From Podarcis tiliguerta (Eukaryota), in the NCBI GenBank assembly GCA_965153285.1, contig OZ229115.1: a stretch of DNA of 64,000 bases. The stretch is one strand, 5' to 3'. Both the position numbers and the translations under genes were made by a program. Shown in pieces: positions 48,479-61,379 of this stretch; position 1 is the stretch's first letter; each line of letters opens with the position of its first letter. A model generated the notes under the pieces. That model made no database searches, had not been told where the DNA came from, and saw only the letters and a list, made by a program, of their open reading frames with translations.

Positions 48479-49086
48479 GGGAGGGGGCCACAATGCTTCG
48501 GCTTTGTGGTGCTTTGTCTTGCCCTCTTCCCAAACAATGCCAGCATAGTAGCATTTCTGCTGCCAAAAGTTTCTAAGCAATCGCAGAAAGGACAGAGACC
48601 TACAGGAAGCTCCTTTCGGGCGCCTATCGCATGCATAAATCCATATATACTTCCAAACGAGAATAGGTATTTATAGATGTCTATCTCTCTGTGTGTATAT
48701 GTGTGCGTGTGCGTGCGTACACACATACGCGTTTCTTTGTTTCTTTTTTAGTTGCTCCTGAAAGTGTCCCCTCCTCATCCAAGCAGGATCCCTCCTAGAC
48801 AAGGCGACTCACCCCCCGTCTAAAACAGCCTCTCCTCCGGAGCCCTTCACGGGACGCCGCGCGGGCACAAGCGCGTAGCCCCGCCCCCTCCCTTGGCCCC
48901 GCCCCTCCCTGCCCGCCATGTCGCCCCTCCCCCAGCAGCAGCAGCGAGAGTGACCGGGCGGGAACCCGGAAGCGCTTTCCCTTCCCGGTGACACCTCAGC
49001 AGCCACCTCAGCCGGAGGAGTGAGGTGGCGTCGGGACAGTTAGCGAGCCCACCATCCTGCCGGCGCGGCGCTCCCCCCCCCGGCGT

Positions 49087-49278
49087 ATGTTCTGTCGCTG
49101 CCTCTTGGCTTCCGCGGCTCGTGTCGGTCCCTCGGCTCCTCGGCTGGGCGCGGCGGCGGCGTCCTTGGCTTCTTCCGCCCCTTCCCCTCGCTTGCTGCTC
49201 CTCATGAAGCCGGTGGTTGTGTTCGTTCTCGGCGGGCCTGGCGCCGGAAAGGGGACCCAGTGCGCCCGCGTTGTGGAG
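49087..49278 (+). CDS. CMPK1: CMPK1 exon 1 coding part (second in-frame ATG at 49204)
   Basis: MKPVVVFVLGGPGAGKGTQCARVVE; donor GAG|gtaagg. Confidence 0.95.
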
Positions 49279-49689
49279 GTAAGGGACGGAAAGGGCACCT
49301 CGTCTCTTCTCCCTCTTTCTTCCCTCCGCGATAGAACTACCATGCCTAGCAAGCAGCGCGCCCGTAGAAGCGCCCTAGACCCTGTCCACTGGCGCCCAGA
49401 GGATGATGGGGGTTGTAGTTGTGACCGACTTGGCTTGTGGCCCTCGAGATTCTCAAATGGTTTGGACCCGACTTGATATCGGTGGGATCAAATATGCTAC
49501 GAGTCTGGTGTTGAGGCTCAGAGCTAGAAATAGCAGTTGCACGGTAAGCAGGGCAACGGATGTTATAAGATACACGTGATAATAAAAGAATCTTTTCTTT
49601 TCAACAGAAAAAATAAATAAATAAGCAAAAGCTGTAGCCGTCTCAGGGATGCTTCAGGGGAAGGTATTCCACAGTCAGACACAGAAAAG

Positions 49690-49850
49690 CAGTGGCGTAG
49701 CGTGGGGGGTGCAGGGGGGGCAGGCCGCACCGGGCGCAACATCTGGGGGTTAGGGGGCGCAAATCCACGGGATAGGGGGCGCAAATCCATGGGTTAGGGG
49801 GTGCAAATTACTTGCCTTGCCCCGGGTGCTGACAACCCACGTTACGCCTG
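49690..49850. mobile_element. hAT-family MITE with 8-bp TSD and internal tandem repeat
   Basis: TSD CAGAAAAG at 49682-49689 and 49851-49858; TIR CAGTGGCGTAGC / GTTACGCCTG; three copies of GGGTTAGGGGGCGCAAAT. Confidence 0.88.
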
Positions 49851-51919
49851 CAGAAAAGGACAGATCCTCGGTAACTAAGCAGGTGCTTATGGAAGGAGGT
49901 GGTGGTTACCGGTATATTGTGGGCTAGAAAAAGCTTGGGTTCAATGCTCATCTAAACCTCTGGTGTGATTGTTTCTGTTAGTAATTTATGAAGATCCTAT
50001 GTATGGAGGGTAAAGAGGGGGGAAAGCAATTTTGTGCATCTTTGCATTCATTCTTTAATTGGGGAATGGTTCAAGCTATTCAACTCTCATGGCTTCCAAC
50101 TAATTGAAAGAATCTTCATAATCAATAAGCTGCTGGTCTTAAGATTCATTGGGAGATGCTGTTGGGTTTAAACCGACTTCAGTTTGTAGTATAAGTATGC
50201 CCCTAAGTTCTAGAAACTCGCATCAAGGTGTAAAACCATGTCCACCTTCAAGGCTACTATTACACGTTGAGGGGGTATGAGGCAAGTACACACAGCACTT
50301 CTGCCTTAGAAAGCTTGTTGGGAAGAAACAAGGAGTGGTCTACTTAAGCCTCTTTCTCTTGAGGCAGGCAGGGTTTCCTTTGCAGGCTTGGAGACCGCAA
50401 ACATAACTTGTTAAAATAAGGGTTGGTATGAGTCACAAATTTTGTGGCACTATAAAACCTTAAAAGTCCAATTTATGCTGAAATCAAAAGTTGGCAACAC
50501 AATTAGGTCATAAATGGTATAAATGCATGTTGAGTTATGTGTTCTAATACCTTATTCCACTCTGAATGTAACCTTTTCTGTAATCTGTGGTGATCATGAA
50601 AGCATACATTGTGGCTCAGTGCTTAATCCTTCAGTTTAGCTTTCAACTTAATCAATTGAAACAAAAAATACGATTTTGACTAGTTTCTCAGTACCATTGC
50701 AGTACTACTAATGGTAATCTTACACCACATACAGTCATGAGCAACGGAAGGAATAAGGCATAGGTCACATGTCACAATGATTCTTAGTAATGACTTACAG
50801 CTTGGGTGTGGCTCCCAACTGTAAAACTACTTGCATTGCGTCACTAAGATCCATTATTTGTATTGGCAAATTGCTGACCAGAAAATATTGTCTTACAAGG
50901 CATCTTAAGATTTTTTTAAAAAAGTTTAATGTATTGTACAAAGCAGTTAAGTCAGAATATGCTAACTGAGTTGTGGGTTAGATTTACAGATACATAAATG
51001 GGTGCCAAATAGTGATTTATTTCTGCCTGTTCTCTTCTATAGAAAATGTTTTTAAAACCATAATCCTCAACTGCAGACAGAAATGCTGCATGTCGGTGTG
51101 AGGGTTTTCAGGGTAAAACTTCTTATGAAAAGCTTTGATTTAGGTTATGGCTTCTGCAGGTAATATTAGGAATAACAGACTTATTATTTATATACAACAT
51201 TAGTTTAAAATATGTAGTAAGGCTATGGAGCACACCATGAGGATCCTTTGAGAGATATCAGTATGCAAAATTTTGCCTTGATGTTTTACAAAGTAACATA
51301 CATTTCACTGAGATTTAGGTGAATGTGTACAGTATTCCTAACATCGTCTTCTAGCATAACTTTCCTTTAGTCCTCTGTTGGTGGAACAGGAATTCAATGA
51401 AATTGTTCCTGCTTTGGCATCTGTTGGGTTGGTGTAACATCTGCATATTGTGCTGGCCAAATTAACGTTCTAAATTCAGAGCAGTAAACAGTAATTATAT
51501 AAACAAGCAGAAACTTATGGTGCAATTACACACCCACCCACCCACCCTGCTCTTTAGCCAGGTGGCTTACAGAGCAGTAAAAGCAAGGCAAGGTAGACTC
51601 CTGCCCTCAGGCTTGCAATGTAAAAGATGCACCAGAAAAAGAAAATGGAGAGGAAGGAAGGAAGGAAGGAGAAAATAAGCAAGCTTGGATAACAATTCTA
51701 AGTTACAGGTTCCTATAATGATTAGTTGGGATGGAAGCAGTTCAGGAAGAGGAGAAACCAAAATCTACTTCTCTCCATTGCCTTGCATCCTTTCTCTTTT
51801 TCTGCTACAGCTTGATGGAATGATTCTGTTCAGGTGACAGTTGTATTTGATAACACTTGTAACAAAATGATAACCTTATTTTCAGTTAATTGTTCAGAAG
51901 TTATCAATTGCTATTAACA

Positions 51920-52087
51920 NNNNNNNNNNNNNNNNNNNNNNNNNNNNNNNNNNNNNNNNNNNNNNNNNNNNNNNNNNNNNNNNNNNNNNNNNNNNNNNNN
52001 NNNNNNNNNNNNNNNNNNNNNNNNNNNNNNNNNNNNNNNNNNNNNNNNNNNNNNNNNNNNNNNNNNNNNNNNNNNNNNNNNNNNNNN
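51920..52087. other. Assembly gap (168 N) in CMPK1 intron 1
   Basis: Run of N. Confidence 1.
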
Positions 52088-52899
52088 ATCCCAGATAGAA
52101 GGAGTGTACCGTTCTTCGGTCAAGGGTATACGATAGCTGCGCTCCCCTGCTAGAACCTCCAAACAGTTATGATTGTTGCATGCTACTTTCAAATTCAGAG
52201 GCACAATGCTTCTGAATACTAGTCACCGGAGAGCAATGTTGGAGAGGTCTACAGGCCAATTGATGCGTGTCCAGTTGACACATGACCTTGCACATGTGCA
52301 TCCCCACAACCTGGAAGTGGCTGGGAAAGGGAGTGGGGCAGGCTTAATGTGTGCTTCACCAACAGCAGGGGAGTCAGGAAAACAACCCTTGTGCAAAACA
52401 GTCATTGCCTATATTGTCCTTCCTACTGTACTTGTGGGTTGGCCACTGTGGGAAGCAGGATACTGGTCTAGATAGGTCCCTTGTCTGATCTGATGGGGCT
52501 GCCCATATATTCTTAACATTGCCAGCTTTCCTTGACACCTGGATTGAATTGTGAGTCATTTGTCCAAGTGAGCTTGCTATAAGGGAAATTCAGTGTATTT
52601 TAAAAACCTGTTGATTACATGAAGGTGTTGAGGAAATGGAAAACATATTAACTAATAGGTTTCTGCAAAGTTCCATAGAGGAAATAACTCCAACAAATGT
52701 GAGAGTTCTTACAAAATTACATATTAAACTTTGGTGAGGGAGCCTAAAGGAAAATGTTCTATGCATATGTGGATTGCATGTTGTCTTTTAGTAATAGTGA
52801 TGCATGTGGTGCATTTAAAAAGAAGAATACGTACCAATTTCATTTAAGATGTTGCTTATACTTAATTATAAGATATTTAAATGTATATTTTTCTTTTAG

Positions 52900-53046
52900 A
52901 AATACGGTTACACACACCTCTCAGCAGGTGACCTGCTTCGAGATGAGAGGAAGAGACCGGGCTCTCAATATGGAGAGCTCATTGAAAGTTACATTAAAGA
53001 TGGAAAAATTGTTCCTGTTGAGATAACCATCAGCTTGTTAAAGAGG
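52900..53046 (+). CDS. CMPK1: CMPK1 exon 2
   Basis: [49 protein letters not shown]; ttttag| and |gtaaga. Confidence 0.97.
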
Positions 53047-53775
53047 GTAAGATTTTAACACTGCGCTGAGTATACAGTTTTCCATGGGGAGCTATAACAA
53101 AACAAAACAGCTTAAAACAAAACTTTCACGTGGTTAGATAAAAATTTGCTTTCCCTTTGTTAGTAGCTAACAAAAACATGCAAGACCAGTGGGGGGGGGG
53201 AGCTTTTTCAGCTTGACCGCTGCATTCCCTTGTGGGTAGTCTTCAAGGGAGGGGCACATGCAGACATACCAGCCAGGCAAAAGAACTCTCAAGGGGTGTG
53301 TGGAGCAGAACTAATGCTAAGTGGAAGCCCAAGTGCCAGGCAGAGAGGTCTGGAGCGCTACATTCAGGCTCCAGGCCTGAGATTTCCCACTGCTGTGCAA
53401 GACAGATAGATGAATTACTTTTGTACCTGTTACGTTTTTCATAAAAAACAATGCTTTTCTCTTTAGGGTTGCCAGAACCCTATGTGGAACAGAAACCAGC
53501 AGATATTTGGTCTTTATGAATACACTGATCCATTGGGACTTCTGTCTATATTATTGCACTTTATATGTTGTTAAATGCAAGATAAACATTTGATATTGTG
53601 ATAAGAATATATAGAATAGTATTGTTTATGTGAATGCACAGCCGGTTACGTCTTGTGTGCTTTAGAGCCCAGAGATAGGCAAATCACTCATCTACGAAGG
53701 ATGTTTTTTATTAATAAATGCTTTACTGCATTGCTGCAAGTAATTGGACTACATGGGCTATATATTTAGGATTCA

Positions 53776-53893
53776 TTTGGCTAGAGCATGATGCGGATAA
53801 TGTCAAGGTTGCAGGTTCGATTCCTGTAAGGGACAGCTGCATTTACCTGTATTGCAAGGGGTTGGACTAGATGATCCTCAGAGTCCCAATTCT
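53776..53893 (+). mobile_element. tRNA-Ile-like SINE with CR1-type tail
   Basis: TAGAGCATGATGCGGATAATGTCAAGGTTGCAGGTTCGATTCC head; CCTGTATTGCAAGGGGTTGGACTAGATGATCCTC tail. Confidence 0.7.
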
Positions 53894-54379
53894 GTAATTG
53901 GATCCAGAGTTGCCATTCTGTGAATGGAAGTGGCTGAGATCCTGCAAGGACTCCCTTTGGAGAAAAGGAAGGGAGAAGCAATTCTCTTTCATCCCTCTTG
54001 TAGCTCTCACTGCCATCTCCTATTCTGATCTATGAAATCCTCCGCCTTTCAGAACATCTTCTCCTCAAGTTGCAGAGTGAACAAGGAATGAGTGGAAACT
54101 GTCTCTCCCTTGTTTCCTTCTGTGTGAATGTCTCATCTATTTTATTTTTGTGGTACACATTTGTTCATTAAAATGCTTTTCCAATTGTGCCATAAGTATA
54201 TTGGTATTAAGATAGTATGGAATTAACTTTAAGGTTGCAAGAAATGTGTTTGGTACACCTGTAACAGTTCACATGAAAAGCACACGTGTATTTGTAGTAC
54301 AGGGGGATTATTACTTAGATGTCACAATACTATGCTTGTAGAAAATCATGTTTAATATGAGCTCTCTGTTACCCATCAG

Positions 54380-54532
54380 GCTATGGATGAAACTATGGAA
54401 GCCAATGCACAGAAGAATAAATTCTTAATTGATGGATTTCCCAGAAATGAAGACAATCTTCAGGGCTGGAACAAAACCATGGATGGAAAAGCAGATGTAT
54501 TGTTTGTTCTCTTTTTTGATTGTGACAATGAG
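54380..54532 (+). CDS. CMPK1: CMPK1 exon 3
   Basis: AMDETMEANAQKNKFLIDGFPRNEDNLQGWNKTMDGKADVLFVLFFDCDNE. Confidence 0.97.
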
Positions 54533-55396
54533 GTAATCACAATATCAAGACACTTGCAACTTTCCTCTGTGCTGTATGAAGAGAGACAATGAAAAATGTT
54601 CCATTGTTCCATTTCTCTTTTCCCTTCTATACATTTTGATACTAATTACAGTATGTGCTAATTGGTTCCTTCCAGCAATAAGCCTAGATAATTTTGTGGC
54701 AAAATTGTCTCGCAATTACAATTAACTGACATGGTGGAAAAAAGTTCTATTGAACTGTCCCATAGCAGAAAGAAGTATTGATTACCAGAGCACAATTAGA
54801 ATTGTAGAAAGTGGGGGATATCTTTTTTTCTTTTGCTTCCAGCAGTGAAGAAGTCTTTGCGAGCACTGATATTCTATAGTATTCAGGCAAAATTAATTCT
54901 TATATCAACCACCTCTTTCCCCCAGTTCTGTCATCTTGAAAAATCACTTTGTCCTTTGCATTAGATAGGGTATTCTCTTTAGGAAATAAAAGACTGCATA
55001 CATTCTTGAATGCTGTACATAAATGATAGTTCAGTATATGTGTTGTATTTTGCCTGGTACAGTGAATTTCAGTGGATAATTAGACTTCAAGGGCTTTTAC
55101 CACAGTATGCTAGGTCCGTTTTGGAGATGCCTTTCTGTTCTACTGATTGTGAAATGTCAGATTTCACGTTGCTGGAATAAGGTCTAAATTCTTATTTCAC
55201 TTGAAAGTTTCCAAAAGTGGTGTTATCGATATACAGCATAAGTAATTGAAGGTAAGCTGAATATATTAGTGCAAAATGTTTAATGTATAGCTTTAGTCTT
55301 GTACCTTAAAAAAGTCAAGTATTTTGTTTACTTTTTGTAGCTTCATGTTTTGATAGTGGCTTCATGTTTCAATAACACTTTTATTTTTGTTTGAAG

Positions 55397-55473
55397 GTAT
55401 GTATTAACCGTTGCCTTGAAAGAGGAAAGAGCAGTGGCAGAAGTGATGACAACAGAGAAAGTCTGGAAAAAAG
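55397..55473 (+). CDS. CMPK1: CMPK1 exon 4
   Basis: VCINRCLERGKSSGRSDDNRESLEK(R); phases 0/2. Confidence 0.95.
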
Positions 55474-55557
55474 GTACCGGGTCCATGCATCATTTCTGTG
55501 TTAGACTTCCTGATGCTTTTCAATTTCACGACTTTGCTGTATCTTTCTTTCCCTTAG

Positions 55558-55654
55558 AATCCATACATATCTAGAGTCTACCAAGCCCATAATAGACCTC
55601 TATGAGAAAATGGGCAAAGTTAGGAAAGTAGATGCCTCTAAATCTGTTGATGAG
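55558..55654 (+). CDS. CMPK1: CMPK1 exon 5
   Basis: IHTYLESTKPIIDLYEKMGKVRKVDASKSVDE; follows an 84-nt intron. Confidence 0.96.
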
Positions 55655-57133
55655 GTAAGTTGTGAAGAGAGAAGGTTTGGTTTTGAATTTCTTTACATGA
55701 CCTATTAACCACACACAAGCACCAGGATTTTCTTAGGGCTTAAATATCCCAACTCTTCATTGCATTTTAAATTATCTTCTTTCTCTTACATGGGGAAGAT
55801 ACCAGGTAAATCTGTGGTCAGCGTTAAAACAGAAATGTCTTAACGGTCAAGCGATTTACACCTATTTTCAGTTCATCAATTCAAAACAGCTACCCAGATC
55901 CCAGGCACAAGCATGGCTGCACATAAGATTGAAAGTGTGTGTGCAGGGGGTTTGTTCAGGGCACCATGCGTACAGGAATAGGGCATGGATCCAAGTGCAG
56001 TGTACTTCATCATACAATTGGCATGCCCTTATTGTCTAAGACAGGATGGCACAATGGTTGATGTGGTTGGCACAGTGAGACAGAGCTGCAGCAATAGCAT
56101 TAGCATTGCTTCTACTTACCAAGAGGGGGAGCACTGAGGTGGCACTGAGATTGGAATTTTGAGAGCACATTGACATGAGCACTAGATTCTCTGCCAGTAT
56201 GCCCATGCAGTCCTGACCTCCCTTGCCACTTTGCCCTTCCTCTTCTTGGTAAGTGTTAGTGACTTGGCTGCAGAATCCTGAGCTTGCACTCCAGGGATCA
56301 CACTATAAATTTGATTGCCAGGATTGGAAGCTCCTTGAGACCGTCCATTATAGTTTCTGATTTTTGTACTGCAGATGACATTCAAATGTTCAAATCAGTG
56401 CAACCATAAATTATTATCAAGGTGACAATCTATATAGTGAAGACAGGCAGTTGAAATACAACTATGGCCTTCTGTCAGGAGAACAGACACCATTAGTTTC
56501 CTTCTATCCCCTGAAATCTTCTATGCACCCCCAAAATCTGCAAAAGATTTGGGACCCTTGAGCAGATAAGTAGGAGAGGGGCAGAAGTCCCATTGTGTGA
56601 GTGGAAGTTTTCTTGTGCATCACAGTATCATCCACAGGCCTCACATTAACTTCAATGACAGATATATCAGTTAGAAAATAATGATTTCACTGTCAATCCC
56701 GTCCCTTCTGTGTTTCATTGACTACCTGACTTCCAAGCTGCCTCCATCACTGCTCTAAAACATTTACATCTGTTTTCACCTCTAATTGCCTTAGGCTGGG
56801 TGCTACATGTGCATGGTGGTAGATTGTAACTTGAATAGGCCTGTTGAACATAGTGATTATAAGAAACTCACAGTTCCATCCCTTTTAAGACTCTGAACAC
56901 TTTGTGTTAGTGTTTGTCCTGCCTTTTTATACTATGAATGTGTTTTTAGCTTTTACTCTCTTTTAGCTTTATGTTTTAATGTGCAGTGTGTGCTTTTTTG
57001 ATACATCACTTGAGTTTATTTTTTCATTTTTAAAAAGGAGCTAATAAGTGCAATAAATAATTGTTTGCAGTATTCATGAAACGTGCTTGTTGGTATAATG
57101 TAGAAAAATTATGTAATGTCTTTTCTTTTGCAG

Positions 57134-57175
57134 GTTTTTGGCAAAGTTGTGAAGATCTTTGATAAAGAAGGCTAG
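57134..57175 (+). CDS. CMPK1: CMPK1 exon 6 coding part
   Basis: ttttgcag|VFGKVVKIFDKEG* (TAG). Confidence 0.95.
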   Translation, partial: VFGKVVKIFDKEG

Positions 57176-60100
57176 TTCTCTACTTGAACACTGTTTTCAA
57201 ACTTGCTTGAATCTTGCTTTAAGAGCTGCTACTATAGTTCATTTTATAACGGTGATAAAATATGCCTTTTTAAACACTTTTGTGTTGAAAACAGTTTAAA
57301 AATGGTTAATTCGAAAGCCTGGTTTAAAATATGAGTTAGAATTAGATGTGGCTTGTCATTAAGATAGATACAGTCAAAAAGATTTGCAACTGGTAAAGAA
57401 CCCTAATTGCAGAACAAAAATAGTAATTAAATGCTAATCCTAGCTATTTTCAGAAAGCATCTGGTGCTCCCCTTAATTTGTCTTTTCTTACTGTCCAAAG
57501 CCATGTTATTTTTTAGAATCCCGTATACTGAAATTGTAAATATAAGTAAGAGGGCCTGTTGAATTTATTTTCGGTTTCTTTTTCTTTTAGTTTTGGACCA
57601 AATATAGGGAAATCATATGTGTTTTTTAAAAAAAATTATGATATTTGCTGTTTTGAATGACAGGCAATTGCTGTAAGCAAAAGTTTTAAACAGAGTATCC
57701 CCTTTGTATTGAATAGTTCTTGTTTAGTTGGTTGCTAATAAAGCAATGACCCTCATGAGGCACCCCAATATTAACCACACTACTTGGAAGTTGTCCCATT
57801 GCTTTCACATTTTGGTGCTCCCTGTATCCCACACAAGCTTGAAGGCGAAGCCTCTGAGAAAAGGAACCGCACAGTATGCAGAGTGTTTGCAAGTGTGGCA
57901 AGAGGGACAGCTCCTTTCCCAGAGATAATGAGGAGCAACAGTATCTGGAAATCACGTACGTTATAGTTTATAATCGGTGGGTTGGATTCAATCTACGTTG
58001 CACTTAGGTCCCACTGAAATCAATTTGAAAAGTTTAGTCATGAGTAATTTTAATCCCATTGATTTTAATGGGAGAATGCAATCAGCAGAGCAATCCTTAA
58101 CAGCTCCTGCAGGATCCATCCTGATAATCCCATTTTGCGAGTTTTGCACTGTCTATCCCCCTGAGCACAGCAGAAGCCTCCATCACAGCAAAACCAGGCA
58201 AATACATACCATCTCAGAGGGTTAGGACTGCAGCCTAACTTAAGTTGGGTCAAGCCTAGTGCATTTAGGGCTGAGGATTCAGATTATGTAGGTGCTGCAC
58301 ACATTTAGGTGTCTGTGTATTTGCAAGTAATATGGGCATTTTGTATTTGCAGTACCCACAAGGGTTAAGAAATCAGATATTTGAAAGCAGCTATTACGGT
58401 AACATTCACTTGCCACACAACTCTAGCTGCATGATAAAATAAATCTAGAAGCTTTGTAACAAAATTATTTATTCAGTGATTTGAAGTGTATGTTTTGAGA
58501 TAGGTTGGAGGGGAAATTCTTATGATTATATTTTCCACTAAAATTGTATAACTTGGACATTTCGACTCAATTATACGTTTGATATGGTTTGACCAATATA
58601 AAAGCATACTAGATCTGTATTGTTTAAATTTAATGTGTTACTGGTGGCAGAAATGACTTTTTAATAACTTGATTAATTTGGATAACAAAAACATGCTGAA
58701 ATGCTTGCACAACTGTTCTAATTGCACATTTCTTTAATTTAAAAATGGCATAAAAATATGGGGCTGGTTACTTACATTTTTGGGGTTATTATTCTTTTTT
58801 CTTTTCTTAAAATGTCCATTGAATAGGATCTGGGAAATGTGATGATGCATACTTATTAGTGCACTCATTAAGGTTTCTTGTGATGGATGCTTCATAAGCT
58901 ACCATTTTAACTATGTTTACAACTATTATTTTTCCTATTTTTGTCTCCCTCTCACAGAATAGCTTTTAGTGATATATTTTGTCTTTTAATTAAAATATAA
59001 TTAAGGAACTGCAATTGACTTTGGCCAGCTGAACATTTGTGCTTTGACTTCACCGGTGTTCTCAAGAAGTAGAAAGCCTAGGTGAAAATGTGCGGTATTA
59101 GGATGAGATTTTTGCATTAAAATACACCATGTTATTGAGATTAGTTGCAAGAACATTGAAAGGTGCAGCTATTTTGTGGGGGGAATCATGGCCAACTTTT
59201 CTCAGAGCGTGTACAAACCAACACATAGTCTTATTCTAGAGAATTGGCTTTTCAGTTACTTCCCCACAGGGAAACCTTGATTGTCTGCAAGAGAGCCCTT
59301 TATATCTGCCATAGAATCTGCTTGTTGCACAGGATTCTGGGGAGTATTTTGGTGTGCACTCACAAAGGACTTTAGGAAGGTCTGTTGCAGCCCAGCTGTT
59401 ACTCCTTGCAGACTGAGTACTCCATGCAGGACACACATTCCAGGAAACCCTCTCCTGATCCATTGTTACCAGTTTTGTTTAGTTTTTCTGAGGATCCCTT
59501 AATAAGCATCTATGGAACTCTTGGTTCCTTATGACTATAGTTTGAACCACTGTAATAAATTAACATACTGCTCCTACTTGTAGTAACAATCACTAAAGCT
59601 GATTAAAATCATCATCAATTCCCTCCTTCCCCCACAAAAATCATTCTATATACATCTTTGAAAATTGGAAAATCTACTCTTCTCCCTTTCTACTGTGAAG
59701 GACAATCTCTGCGATTTGCTTATGCCTTAGTAGACATGCTTAAGGCCTAAAATAGTGAATTTGGGAGCTGGGATCCTTCTTGTTGGTAGGTAGCTAGCCA
59801 GCTGGTGAGCATTTCCTGGAAGTGGGGATGAACCTGGTGTTTATAAGCATGCTGTGTTCTTGGACTTGTCTCTCCCAAATAGGAAAGGTAATCTATTTGT
59901 AGTGATTGTCTGCTATAGCAGGAAGACAAAAAGGGATTCAGTGGAACTAAATTCAGGCCTGAGTCAAAGGAAGCTTGAAGATGGATGGGTACACAAAGGA
60001 CTTCTTCAACTGCTCAGATAGGAAACCTGTATAACCATAGTTTGTGTGCAGAATGCTTCACATGCTTTGATTGTGGCATTTACTGCACTTCAATGTGCTG

Positions 60101-61379
60101 GGGGTAATGGATCTATGTATGTTGATCCTGTCTGTATGCTATCAAATAAGCCAACATGACCTGAAGTGTTACCAGCAAAACCTTTTAGAAAGTCCTTCCG
60201 TAAAGTTAGTCATTAGATAAGAATCCTCATTGTAGTGATATTGCGGTGTTTGAATTTTACGAATATTAATCGAAGTGAGTATGTTTTCTTACTATGTATT
60301 CTGCTATCTGTTTGAAAACTGAAACAACTGTATTTTTTATTTTTAAAAAATATGCTACCAATATTGAATTTGGGGTTTAATCGTGTCGTTTAAACAATTG
60401 GGATTGATTCCTTTTGTCACTCTTACAGATGCCATGAATGCAGTGTTTTTCTCTCCAACCCCCCTCCCAGCGCCATTTTCTGCAACCAGAAAAAACCTGT
60501 ATAATTCCATGGAGCAGCAAATTGTAAAAAAAAATTCTAAAATGTACACAAATAAAATTTTGTTCTCAAATAACCTACTGGTGAATCATTGCCATTATGT
60601 GTCTGCAAAACATAGCAGCTCTACTTTAAAATACACCACTGTTTTTTGTAGGAACACATGTGGGGGAAGTAGGGCAGAGCTGTCTGAAAATCGAAACACC
60701 ATCCTAGTGATATTTGTACTTGACTACAGATGGGACGGGGGAGTGTTTGACTTGTAGCTATGCATTTTGGAAGAAAGCCCTGCTAAATGACAAGACTCAG
60801 AACGTGGCCGTACTCATCTTCATTACTCCAGATTGCCACAAGGAGGAGTGCTTGTTTTGTATAGAATGGCTCGAGCTCGCAGGTGAGAGGTTTAGGCTCT
60901 GTACATTACTGCTAAACAAAAGTTTGTTTTAAGTGTTCATCATCACAAAGTAATGATGTGGTTCAAAGCGGGTGAATTTCCTGAGCCAAGAACAATTTTT
61001 TATGGTTTTACGGACTTTTCAAGCTGCCTGTGGAATCTGCGAGAAGTCTCTAGATAAGAAATGCAAGATCAGTAAGAAGAATCAAGTGCTTCAGTGTAAG
61101 CTCTAAAGACTGCCATCCTACAGAGCCTCCAAATCACAACTTGGGAGGTTTGGTGTACTACGTGGCAGCAAGCAAGAGCAAATGCAAGGGCCAGGTACAA
61201 GTACTTCCTCTAAACCCTCCTCCAGAACAGCAGAGAGGAGGTGTTGTTTTGTCTGGGAAGTAGAAATGCTTGTGCATGCAGAATGATCAAATCAGAACAA
61301 TATTGAATTTCTCCCTGTGTTATTAGCAGTCATCAACCAGAGTGATGAATCAATAAGAGATCTTGTGTTGCATGTCTTA

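Larger units (their letters stand above)
47400..49450. promoter_or_regulatory. Divergent STIL/CMPK1 promoter region with two CpG-rich lobes
   Basis: STIL side: CCAAT at 47750, 47786 and 47870. CMPK1 side: GC boxes (~48878, ~48897), CCGGAAG (~48966), ZNF143-like motifs at ~49333-49360 and ~49401-49420. Confidence 0.8.
49000..60575 (+). other. CMPK1: CMPK1 gene span (UMP-CMP kinase); 591-nt CDS from ATG 49204 = 196 aa; 235 aa from ATG 49087
   Basis: Six exons join in phase; P-loop [38 protein letters not shown]; 3' end uncertain (AATAAA at 57737, 58438, 59554 and 60551). Confidence 0.93.

Noticed and set aside
49747-49807. Telomere-like or CRISPR-like repeat (GGGTTAGGGGG units)
   Set aside because: Three tandem units inside a TSD-flanked hAT MITE; no spacers and no TTAGGG array
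51890-52204. ORFs spanning the N run
   Set aside because: Artefacts of the assembly gap
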